The position numbers and the translations under genes are program-made. Positions 27,612 to 35,779 of a DNA stretch of 64,000 bases are shown piece by piece. Position 1 is the stretch's first letter, and each line of letters begins with the position of its first letter. Below the pieces are notes generated by a model. The model was not told where the DNA came from. It saw only the letters and a program-made list of their open reading frames with translations, and did no database searches. The stretch is from an uncultured bacterium. GTDB lineage: Bacteria > Acidobacteriota > Aminicenantia > Aminicenantales > Saccharicenantaceae. The DNA is taken from positions 79,125 to 143,124 of the forward strand of contig CAWDSL010000026.1 in NCBI GenBank assembly GCA_963805015.1, in the 5' to 3' direction.

Positions 27612-30600
27612 CTACTTCTTCGGATAGGCCGGCTTGGGCGCGAACTTCAACGGATTGGCATTAATCTTTTCCAGCATGACCGCGATGGCCTTCTCGAGCT
27701 GGAGATCGCGGCCGGCCATGACCGAGCCGGGGTCGTTGTCGACCAGGATGTCGGGGTCGGCGCCGTGGTTCTCGACCAGCCACTTCCCGTCTTTGCCGTA
27801 AAAGGCGTTGTTCGACTGATTGACCGAGCCGTTGTCGATCGTCAGCTGCGCGTTGAGGATGCCGACCAGGCCGCCCCAGGACGGGACGCCGACGACCGGG
27901 CCCAGCTTGCGGGCCTTGAAGTGCTCGACGAAGGCCTCGCCGTCCGAGCCGTTGTTCTCGTTGGAGATGACCACGTAGTTGCCGTTGCCGGCCGATCCGG
28001 GATAGCGGAACGGGACCATGTCCCGGAGGTTGTTGTAGGCCGTGAGCTCCCGCTCGAGCTTGTCGATGAGGAAGTACTCCGTCCAGCCTCCGGAGTTGCG
28101 CCGGACGTCGATGATGACGCCCTCCTTGTACCGGAAAGCCCGCCAGTACTTGTCGAACTCGCCGATGCCGCCGCCGCCCATGGCGTTGATGTGCATGTAG
28201 CCGACGCGGCCGCCCGTGGCCTTGTCGATGGCCTTGATGTTGTCGTCGATCCAGCGGAAGTAGCGCATCTGCGCGTCGCTGCGGACGGGCTCGATCTCGT
28301 ACGTCTTGGCCCCCGTCATCGACGGCGCCGCGTTGACCGTGACCTCGATCTTCTTCCCGGCCGTCGTCTGGAGGAGCTTGAAGTAGTCGTCGCCGGCCTT
28401 GAGCGGGGTCCCTTCGATGGCCAGGAGGAAGTCCCCTTCCTTCACGGTGATGTCGGGCCGGACGAGCGGCCCGGGCAGATTGAGATTGATGTCGGTCGGG
28501 CCGTAGATCCTGGCCAGCCTGTAGAGGCCCGAGGCCTTGTCGGCGACGAGGTCCGCGCCGAGAAGCCCGGTGAAAACGGGCGAAGCGGGCGTGGCGCCGG
28601 GACCGAAGTCGCCGCCGCCGACGTAGGTGTGCGAGACGCACAGCTCGCCGACCATCTGGGACAGGACCCAATTGAGCTCGGCCCGCGAGGACAGCTCCGG
28701 GATGTAGGCCCGGTACCTCTCGCCCATGGCCTTCCAGTCGCGGCCGTGGAAGCCGGCGTCGTAGAAGAAGTCGCGGTACCAGCGCCAAGCGTCGTTGAAG
28801 ATCTGGTGCCACTCCTTCTGGAGGTCGACCTTGTAGACGAGGCCGGAGAGGTCGAGCTTGTCCCCTGCCGATTTGGCGGCGAAGGCCTTGTCGACGGGGG
28901 TCGTGTAGAAGTCGGCGTCGCGGCGGACGAGGAGCGTGCCGCCGTCGGGCGACAGGGAGAAGTCGCGGACCTTTCCGTCGAGGACCGCATCCTTGCGACC
29001 GGCCGTGTCGAAGACGTGGAGCGACCACTTGGTCGCGCCCGTAGGCTTGGAGATGTCCTCGTACTCGTCCTCGGTGAACTCGTCGACCGCGAGCCAGAGG
29101 ACCTTACCCTTTCCGGCCTTGAGGTGGAAGTAGTTGCCGGCGGGGACGGGCAGCGGGAACGTCCTCTTGACCAGGCCCTCCGCGTCGATCCGGAAGGGCA
29201 CGGGGGCGGCCTTCTTGTCGTCCTTCTCCCCGGGCTCGCCGGCGAAGGGCGGGGCCTCGCCGGCCCGGAGCTGGACGGCCATGACCTGCTGGGGCGTCGC
29301 GATGACGTGGTTGTCTTCGTAGAAGTCCATACGCAGGGCGAAGTTCCGGCTCGAGACGTAGTAGAGATAATCGCCGCTCGCGTCGAAAGCCGGATAGAGG
29401 TTGTCGTAGAAATCGGTCGTCGCCGCGACCTTCTTCCCGGTCTCGATGTCGTAGAGGAAGATCCGGCTGTTGCGGTTGGCCTGGACGAAGCTGTAGGCGA
29501 TCCACCGGGAGTCGGGCGACCAGACGTAGTCGGCGATCTCCCAGGTGAACTCGTCGTTCTTCATCTGGTTGGAGGAATCGGCTTTGACCAGCTTCTTGGT
29601 CGCGAGGTCGACCCAGAAGATCGCATAGTCCTTGTTGCCGAAGAGGATCTTCCGGCCGTCGGGCGACCAGAGGAGCTTGTAGACGGTCCGGTCGAGCCCG
29701 GTCGTTATTTGCGTCCAGTCGCCGCCGGCCGCGGGCTGGGTGTAGAGCTGGTAGTCGCCGCTCCTGTCGCTGAAGAACGCGACGGTCTTCCCGTCCGGCG
29801 AGAGGGCCGGATACATCTCGCGCGTGCCCGGGGTCATGGACAGGTTCTCGGCCGGGCCGCGGCCCGTGGGGACGCGGAAGACGTCGCCGCGCGCCGCCAG
29901 GACGACGGCCTGGCCGCCGTCGCCGACGCCGGCCGTCTGGATGTAGTCCTTGGGATTGATGACCCGGTCGCGCAGGGCCCAACGGTCAGACGGGACCTTG
30001 ACGGAGATCCGCGTGTCCGCGCCGGACGCGACGTCGAGGACATGGAGGCGGCCGTCCTGGACGTAGACGATGGACCGGCCGTCCGTGTGCGGGAACATGA
30101 CGTCGAAGTCGTCGTATTTCGTGACCGGGGCGGCGTCATTCGTGCCGAGCTTCTGGGCGTATAGGTTGGAGATGCCGTTGCCGCGGTCGGAGACGAAGTA
30201 CATGACCCCGCCGGCCCACATCGGGTAGCTGTTCTTGCCGACGTAGTCCGTGACCGGGGTGTAGGTCTTGGCGACGGCGTCGTAGAGCCAGATGTCCTGG
30301 TACTGGCCGCCCTTGTAGCGCTTCCAGTAGTACTCCTCGTTGCCGCGCCGGCAGAAGAGGAACTGGTGCCTCTCGGGGATGAAGCTGACGAGGACGCCGC
30401 GGTCGAGGGGCAGGCGCACGGGGGCGCCGCCCTTGACCCCGACCGAAAAGAGGTTCGGGTCGCGGCCGACGACGTTCTCGAAGCTCGACCGGAAGACGAT
30501 CTCGGAGCCGTCGGGCGTCCAGGCGACGACCTGGGCACCGCCGGGGTTGTGGGTCAAGCGGACGGGGGCGCCGCCCTCGGCCGGCATCAGGTAGACGGCC

Positions 30601-30860
30601 GGGGCGCCGTCGTACGTGGCCGTGAACGCGAGCCACCGGCCGTCGGGCGAGAACTTGGCGAAGCTCTCGGTCCCGGGGAAGGTGGTCAGACGGGTGGCGA
30701 CGCCGCCCTTGGCCGGGGCGGCCCACAGGTCGGACTCGTAGGTGAAGGCGATCCGGTCGCCGCTGATCGTCGGATAGGTGAAGAACCGGCCCTCGTCGGC
30801 GGCGACGGCCGCGGCGGCGATGACGAGGATCGCCAGGAACACGCTCAGGGATCTTTTCAT
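27612..30860 (-). CDS. tricorn protease homolog (S41 peptidase with beta-propeller and PDZ domains)
   Basis: 1082-aa ORF with a signal peptide. N-terminus ..YPTISGDRIAFTYESDLW..LTTFPGTESFAKFSPDGRWLAF is typical of tricorn-like proteases. C-terminal S41 domain. Confidence 0.85.
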   Translation of the reverse strand: MKRSLSVFLAILVIAAAAVAADEGRFFTYPTISGDRIAFTYESDLWAAPAKGGVATRLTTFPGTESFAKFSPDGRWLAFTATYDGAPAVYLMPAEGGAPVRLTHNPGGAQVVAWTPDGSEIVFRSSFENVVGRDPNLFSVGVKGGAPVRLPLDRGVLVSFIPERHQFLFCRRGNEEYYWKRYKGGQYQDIWLYDAVAKTYTPVTDYVGKNSYPMWAGGVMYFVSDRGNGISNLYAQKLGTNDAAPVTKYDDFDVMFPHTDGRSIVYVQDGRLHVLDVASGADTRISVKVPSDRWALRDRVINPKDYIQTAGVGDGGQAVVLAARGDVFRVPTGRGPAENLSMTPGTREMYPALSPDGKTVAFFSDRSGDYQLYTQPAAGGDWTQITTGLDRTVYKLLWSPDGRKILFGNKDYAIFWVDLATKKLVKADSSNQMKNDEFTWEIADYVWSPDSRWIAYSFVQANRNSRIFLYDIETGKKVAATTDFYDNLYPAFDASGDYLYYVSSRNFALRMDFYEDNHVIATPQQVMAVQLRAGEAPPFAGEPGEKDDKKAAPVPFRIDAEGLVKRTFPLPVPAGNYFHLKAGKGKVLWLAVDEFTEDEYEDISKPTGATKWSLHVFDTAGRKDAVLDGKVRDFSLSPDGGTLLVRRDADFYTTPVDKAFAAKSAGDKLDLSGLVYKVDLQKEWHQIFNDAWRWYRDFFYDAGFHGRDWKAMGERYRAYIPELSSRAELNWVLSQMVGELCVSHTYVGGGDFGPGATPASPVFTGLLGADLVADKASGLYRLARIYGPTDINLNLPGPLVRPDITVKEGDFLLAIEGTPLKAGDDYFKLLQTTAGKKIEVTVNAAPSMTGAKTYEIEPVRSDAQMRYFRWIDDNIKAIDKATGGRVGYMHINAMGGGGIGEFDKYWRAFRYKEGVIIDVRRNSGGWTEYFLIDKLERELTAYNNLRDMVPFRYPGSAGNGNYVVISNENNGSDGEAFVEHFKARKLGPVVGVPSWGGLVGILNAQLTIDNGSVNQSNNAFYGKDGKWLVENHGADPDILVDNDPGSVMAGRDLQLEKAIAVMLEKINANPLKFAPKPAYPKK

Positions 30861-30974
30861 CTTTGTCCTCCTCGGGGCCCGGCCGGGCGCTCGCGCGGGG
30901 CCGGGGACGCGACGGCGAGATCGGAGGCGGAAGGCCGCCTCACCCGACGATGATAGCCGCGAGCGCCGCCGGAA

Positions 30975-32186
30975 TCAAGCGGACGCCGGGATGGCGCCGA
31001 GGCGGCGGCCGACCTTGCGGAACTTGTCGAGGGCGAATTCGATCTGGTCCGTCGAGTGGGCCGCGCTGATCTGGACGCGGATCCGGGCCTTGCCCACCGG
31101 GACGATGGGATAGCTGAAGCCGATGACGTAGACGCCCTCTTCGAGCAGGGCGCTCGAGAAGGATTGGCTGAGCCGGGCGTCGTCGGGGAGATGGCCGAAG
31201 AGGACCGGTACGATGGGGTGGATGCCGGGGACGATCCGGAAGCCGGCCTGCTCCATGCCGGCGCGGAAGAGCCGGGTGTTGGCCATGAGCCTCTCGCGCA
31301 GCTCGGCCGACTCGCCGAGGATCTTGAGGACCTCGACCGTGGCCCCGGTGATGGCCGGCGACAGCGAGTTGGAGAAGAGGTAGGGGCGCGATCGCTGGCG
31401 CAGGAACTCGACGATCTCGCGGCGGCCGGCGACGCAGCCGCCGGAGGCCCCGCCGAGGGCCTTGCCGAAGGTCGTGACGATGAGGTCGACCCGGTCCAGG
31501 CAGCCGCAGTGCTCGTGCGTGCCGCGGCCGTTCGGGCCGATGAAGCCCGTGGCGTGGGAGTCGTCGACGAGGACCAGGGCCTCGTATCTCTCGGCCAGGT
31601 CGCAGATCCTGTCCACCTGGGCGATGATGCCGTCCATGGAAAAGACGCCGTCCGTGACGATGAGCTTGAACCTGGCTTCGCGGGCCTCGATGAGCTGGTC
31701 CTCGAGGTCGTCCATGTCGTTGTTGCGGTAGACGAACCGCTTGGCCTTGGCCAGGCGGACGCCGTCGATGATGGAGGCGTGGTTGAGCTCGTCGGAAATG
31801 ATGGCGCATTTCTCGTCGAGCAGGGGCTCGAAGACGCCGCCGTTGGCGTCGAAGGCCGACGAGTAGAGGAGGACGTCGTCCATGCCCAGGAACTCGGCCA
31901 GGCGGCGCTCGAGCTCCCGGTGGACCTGCTGGGTGCCGCAGATGAAGCGGACCGAGGCCAGGCCGAAGCCCCAGCGGAAGAAGGCGTAGTTGGCGGCGGC
32001 CATGACCCGGGGCTCGTTGCAAAGGCCCAGGTAATTGTTGGCGCAGAAGTTGAGGACCTTGGCGCCGGACTCGGTCCGGATCTCGACGCCCTGCGGGGTC
32101 TCGAGAACGCGTTCCTTCTTATAGAGGCCGCGGGCCCGGATCTGGTCGAGCTCCGCGGCGATGTGGTCTTTGAATTTTCCGTACAT
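30975..32186 (-). CDS. kbl: 2-amino-3-ketobutyrate CoA ligase (glycine C-acetyltransferase)
   Basis: Start MYGKFKDHIAAELDQIRARGLYKKERV (ATG 32186 after GGAGAG). Tracks E. coli Kbl closely: NNYLGL, SVRFICGTQ, NHASIIDGVRLAKAKR, TDGVFSMDG, TFGKALGGASGG. Confidence 0.85.
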   Translation of the reverse strand: MYGKFKDHIAAELDQIRARGLYKKERVLETPQGVEIRTESGAKVLNFCANNYLGLCNEPRVMAAANYAFFRWGFGLASVRFICGTQQVHRELERRLAEFLGMDDVLLYSSAFDANGGVFEPLLDEKCAIISDELNHASIIDGVRLAKAKRFVYRNNDMDDLEDQLIEAREARFKLIVTDGVFSMDGIIAQVDRICDLAERYEALVLVDDSHATGFIGPNGRGTHEHCGCLDRVDLIVTTFGKALGGASGGCVAGRREIVEFLRQRSRPYLFSNSLSPAITGATVEVLKILGESAELRERLMANTRLFRAGMEQAGFRIVPGIHPIVPVLFGHLPDDARLSQSFSSALLEEGVYVIGFSYPIVPVGKARIRVQISAAHSTDQIEFALDKFRKVGRRLGAIPASA

Positions 32187-32232
32187 GGGCGCTCTCCGTT
32201 CGAAGCCGGGGATATTATACACGTCCCCCGGA

Positions 32233-33003
32233 TCATTTCCGGTGGACGAGCGAAGGAGAGGCCTGGGCGGTCGGCCAGATGACGACGTCGCTGACGTTGA
32301 CGTGGAGCGGCCGCGTGGCGCACCAGACGACGGCCTCGGCGATGTCGTCCGGGCCGAGCGGCGTCAGGCCCTGATAGACCTTGCCGGCCCGCTCCGCGTC
32401 GCCGTGGAAGCGGACCAAGCTGAACTCCGTCTCGACCATGCCCGGGGCGACCTCGCTCACCCGGAGGGGCGTCCCGTTGAGGTCCAGGCGCAGGCCTTTG
32501 GATAGGGTCCGGACGGCGAACTTCGTGGCGCAATAGACGGCCCCGGCCGGATAGACCTCGTGCCCGGCGATCGAGCCGATGTTGATGATGTGCCCACTCC
32601 CCCGTTCGATCATTCCGGGAATGACGGCCCGGCTGACGTAGAGGAGCCCCTTGACGTTGGTGTCGATCATCTCTTCCCAATCGCTGACCAGCCCGCCGGG
32701 CAGCTTGTCCAGGCCGCGGCTGAGGCCGGCGTTGTTGACCAGGACCTCGATGGCCCGCCACTCCGGCGGAAGGGCGGAGATCGCCGTGTCGACGGCGCGC
32801 TGGTCGCGGACGTCCAGTGGGAAATGGCGGACGGCGACCTTATATTCCGACTCGAGCGACCGGGCCAGATCCTCCAGCCGCTCTCTCCGGCGCGCGCACA
32901 TCAGGACCCTGGCCCCGAGGCCGGCGAAGGCCCGGGCCGTCGACGCCCCTATCCCGGAGCTCGCTCCGGTGACGAATACGGTCTTGTCTTTCATGGACAG
33001 CAT
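32233..33003 (-). CDS. short-chain dehydrogenase/reductase, YdfG-like (NADP-dependent 3-hydroxy acid / Ser / allo-Thr dehydrogenase type)
   Basis: 256-aa ORF. TGASSGIG cofactor motif, NNAG, catalytic YxxxK (YCATKFAV). Overall layout as in YdfG-type SDRs. Immediately upstream of kbl. Confidence 0.8.
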   Translation of the reverse strand: MLSMKDKTVFVTGASSGIGASTARAFAGLGARVLMCARRRERLEDLARSLESEYKVAVRHFPLDVRDQRAVDTAISALPPEWRAIEVLVNNAGLSRGLDKLPGGLVSDWEEMIDTNVKGLLYVSRAVIPGMIERGSGHIINIGSIAGHEVYPAGAVYCATKFAVRTLSKGLRLDLNGTPLRVSEVAPGMVETEFSLVRFHGDAERAGKVYQGLTPLGPDDIAEAVVWCATRPLHVNVSDVVIWPTAQASPSLVHRK

Positions 33004-33082
33004 TGTGGTTCTCCTTTTGGACCGGCTCCGGCGAACGGTAAGGCCAGAGCATAGGAGTCGAAGCGGTCCAAGTCAAGCCGAC

Positions 33083-33187
33083 AAAATGGGGGACATGATA
33101 CCTGTTTCCCATTTATTTGCCCCTATCCCCCATACTCTTGTCCCCGTTCTCCAGAAATTCGGAAATAGGTATCATGTCCCCCATTTT
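33083..33187. repeat. MITE-like element: 27-bp inverted terminal copies of the GGAAATAGGTATCATGTCCCCCATTTT repeat around a 50-51-nt core
   Basis: 33083-33109 is the reverse complement of 33161-33187 with 26/27 identity. Lies in the divergent SDR / UbiA intergenic region. The same 27-mer occurs at 9462-9488. Confidence 0.65.
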
Positions 33188-33245
33188 CAGGCCCGGCCTG
33201 CCCTTCGTTGAGGCCGGCGGCAAAGCAACATATAATACCGGGGCC

Positions 33246-34202
33246 ATGAACAACGCCGCCGTCCCCTCGCCCGCCGGCCTGCCGTTCCTGAAAAGATGGC
33301 TCGTCGCCGTCCGCCCCTGGTCGTTCCCGGCCTCGACCATGCCGGTCGTCTTCGGCACGGCCCTGGCCGTCGTCATGGGCGGGGCCCGCTTTTCGCCCCT
33401 CCGTTTCCTTTGGGCCCTGGCCACCATGGTGGTCCTCCACGGCGCGGCCAACATGCTCAGCGACGTCTTCGACTTCCGGCACGGCCTCGACCGTGACGTA
33501 ACGCCCGTCAGCGGGGCCGTCGTCCGCGGCTGGCTCACGGACAAGCAGGCCCTGCGGGGCGCGGCCGCCCTTTTCGTTCTCGGGACGGCTTCCGGCCTGC
33601 TCCTCGCCGCCGTGACCGGGCCCGCCCTCTTCGTCGTCGGCGCGATCGGCGTGGCCGTAGGCGCTTGCTACACGCTCCTCAAGGCCCGGGCCCTCGGCGA
33701 CCTTGCCGTCTTCCTCGATTTCGGTCTCCTCGGCGGGGCCGGCGCCTGGATCGTCCAGACCGGACGGTTCTCCTGGCTCCCGGTCATGTGGACCGTGCCC
33801 ATGGCCCTGCTCGTCATCGCCATCCTCCACGCCAACAACTGGCGCGACATCCGCTCGGACGGCGAGCGCCGGGTGACGACCATCGCGGGTCACCTGGGCG
33901 ACCGTGGCTCGCTCGTTTACTACGGGTGCCTCGTCTTCGCCCCGTTCGCGATCGATCTCGCATTCGTCGCCGTCCCGCGCCTCGCCGGCGGACCCGCGCG
34001 CCCCATGCCGCTGACCTTCCTCGCGGTCCTGCTGGCCCTGCCGAACGCATTCCGGCTCTGGGGCCGGGCCGTGCGGCGCGCGGCGCCCCGCCGCCCGATG
34101 GACTTCATCATCCTGGACGGCGCGACGGCCAGCCACAACCTCGTCTTCGGCTTGCTCAGCGCGGCCGCCGTCGTCCTCGAATATCTGTTGAGGTGGGGAT
34201 GA
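33246..34202 (+). CDS. UbiA-family aromatic prenyltransferase (MenA-like)
   Basis: Start MNNAAVPSPAGLPFLKRWLVAVRPWSFPAS. Polytopic membrane protein with the Asp-rich motif NMLSDVFDFRHGLD. Confidence 0.8.
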   Translation: MNNAAVPSPAGLPFLKRWLVAVRPWSFPASTMPVVFGTALAVVMGGARFSPLRFLWALATMVVLHGAANMLSDVFDFRHGLDRDVTPVSGAVVRGWLTDKQALRGAAALFVLGTASGLLLAAVTGPALFVVGAIGVAVGACYTLLKARALGDLAVFLDFGLLGGAGAWIVQTGRFSWLPVMWTVPMALLVIAILHANNWRDIRSDGERRVTTIAGHLGDRGSLVYYGCLVFAPFAIDLAFVAVPRLAGGPARPMPLTFLAVLLALPNAFRLWGRAVRRAAPRRPMDFIILDGATASHNLVFGLLSAAAVVLEYLLRWG

Positions 34203-34852
34203 AATCCGCCCGCCCGGGAGGCGATCCCCGGCTCCACGGCGCCGTGGGTCTGGTCGCGGCAGCCCTATTCATCGCCTTGTTCCGGTTCAGGCGCCTCGGC
34301 CCGCTCGATTTCTGGGCCTGGCTCGCCCTGAACATCGTCGTCGTCCTCGGCCTGGCCTTCCTCGTCGACCGGGGCTACGCCCGTCGGCTCGGCGCCGACC
34401 TCCGGTCGGGCCTGGTCCGCAAGATCGCCCTGGGCATCGGCTCGGCGGCGGCCCTCTACGGCGTCTTCGCCGTCGGCCGACTGGCCGCCCTGCGCCTCTT
34501 CCCCTTCGCCGCGCGGGGCATCTGGGACATCTACGCCTTGAGATCCGAGGTGCCGTTCCTGCGCGTCGTCCTGCTCATCGGACTGGTCATCGGGCCGGGC
34601 GAGGAGCTCTTCTGGCGCGGCTTCTTACAGGAGCGGACCGGCGCGGCGACGAGACCGGCGCTCGGCTTCGCCCTGACGGCCCTTCTCTATGCGGCCGTCC
34701 ACCTGGCCAGCGGCAACGTCATGCTCGTCCTGGCCGCGGCCGTCTGCGGCGTCTTCTGGGGGGTCCTTTACCTGCGCTTTCGTTCGCCCGTTCTCAACAT
34801 CGTCAGCCATACGCTGTGGGACCTGGCGGTATTCGTCGTCTTTCCCTTCTGA
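34199..34852 (+). CDS. CPBP-family intramembrane glutamic endopeptidase (CAAX protease-like)
   Basis: ATG overlaps the UbiA stop (ATGA). Motifs EELFWRGFLQ, ..AAVH.. and HTLWD in a polytopic membrane protein. Confidence 0.8.
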   Translation: MKSARPGGDPRLHGAVGLVAAALFIALFRFRRLGPLDFWAWLALNIVVVLGLAFLVDRGYARRLGADLRSGLVRKIALGIGSAAALYGVFAVGRLAALRLFPFAARGIWDIYALRSEVPFLRVVLLIGLVIGPGEELFWRGFLQERTGAATRPALGFALTALLYAAVHLASGNVMLVLAAAVCGVFWGVLYLRFRSPVLNIVSHTLWDLAVFVVFPF

Positions 34853-34884
34853 TCGAAGAAGGAGCCAGGTCCCTCCCCTCTTTA

Positions 34885-35715
34885 TCAAGACGCTTTTCCC
34901 AAGAACGGGTGGCAGGGAGCGGCGGGAAGCGGAGTCTGCGGAGCGACCTGCAGAATCGAGGCCGAGTGCTCGAGGGCTCGATTCTGAGACATTATCTTGA
35001 CAGGGCGCTTTCTTAAGATGTTTCCCAGATGCGTCGCTCCGAGTCGCTCCGCGACGCATCTGGTCCTCCGCTTCGCTCCGGGTGGCTCCCTGACAGGACC
35101 CGTTCGGGGACAAGCGGCTTGTCTTGGGGGAAGATCTCGGAGGTACATGTCCCTAGTGAGGTGTTCGATCAGGATCTTCAGGCCGATCCCGATCAGGATG
35201 AGCCCGCCCAGGAGCTCGGCCCGCCGGCCGACGACGCGGCCCACGACCGGCCCGAGCTTGGCCCCGACGAGGGTCATCGCGAAGCTCGTCGCGCCGATGA
35301 CGGCCGCCGGATAGACGATACCGGCGCGGACGACGCCGAGACTGAGCCCCACGGCCAGCGCGTCGATACTCGTGGCCAGGGCCAGCACGAGGAGCCTCGA
35401 TCCCTGGGTCCGGTCGGGGCGGCTGGCCCTTTCCTCGTCGTCGTGTTCGAACGATTCATGTATCATCCGGCCGCCGATCAGGGCCAGGAGCCCGAAGGCG
35501 ACCCAGTGGTCGAAGTTCGCGATGACCCCGAGCATCCGGTCGCCGGCGAACCAGCCGATGACGGGCATGGCGATCTGAAAACCGCCGAAATAGGCGCCCA
35601 TCCGGACCGCCTGCTTCATCGTCAAGCCCTTGGCCCCGCAGGCCAGGCCCAGGGTGACCGCGAAGCAGTCCATGGCCAGCGCCAGGGCCATTCCAAAGAT
35701 GAAAACGAACGACAT
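34885..35715 (-). CDS. mntP: manganese efflux pump MntP with an anomalous ~95-aa C-terminal read-through
   Basis: Start MSFVFIFGMALALAMDCFAV (ATG 35715 after GGAGAGAG). The MntP family normally ends shortly after ..GLKILIEHL (about 35140). Here the frame stays open to 34885 through repeat locus R1. Confidence 0.75.
   Translation of the reverse strand: MSFVFIFGMALALAMDCFAVTLGLACGAKGLTMKQAVRMGAYFGGFQIAMPVIGWFAGDRMLGVIANFDHWVAFGLLALIGGRMIHESFEHDDEERASRPDRTQGSRLLVLALATSIDALAVGLSLGVVRAGIVYPAAVIGATSFAMTLVGAKLGPVVGRVVGRRAELLGGLILIGIGLKILIEHLTRDMYLRDLPPRQAACPRTGPVREPPGAKRRTRCVAERLGATHLGNILRKRPVKIMSQNRALEHSASILQVAPQTPLPAAPCHPFLGKAS
34911..35062. repeat. composite intergenic repeat (locus R1): shared leader motif plus two hairpin modules
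   Basis: Leader GGCAGGGAGCGG..GGAGTCTGCGGAGCGACC, also at 46328-46355. AGTGCT-loop hairpin at 34951-34986. 12-bp-stem / 13-nt-loop hairpin CAGATGCGTCGC-TCCGAGTCGCTCC-GCGACGCATCTG at 35026-35062. Confidence 0.65.
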
Positions 35716-35751
35716 GGGCTCTCTCCGAGGGGTCAATTATAGCAAAAGCCG

Positions 35752-35760
35752 TGTTATAAT
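35752..35760 (+). promoter_or_regulatory. candidate extended -10 promoter element TGTTATAAT upstream of uvrA
   Basis: Same 9-mer as at 4602-4610. Lies 20 nt upstream of the uvrA ATG. Confidence 0.4.
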
Positions 35761-35779
35761 AGGCAATTCGGGACGACTC

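Noticed and set aside
34997-35020. TTGACA ... TAAGAT promoter-like hexamers inside repeat locus R1.
   Set aside because: The spacer is only 11 nt, and no forward-strand gene lies downstream.
35716-35779. Expected yybP-ykoY manganese riboswitch upstream of mntP.
   Set aside because: Only 64 nt separate mntP from the divergent uvrA start. That is too short for the four-helix riboswitch, and none of its conserved segments are visible.
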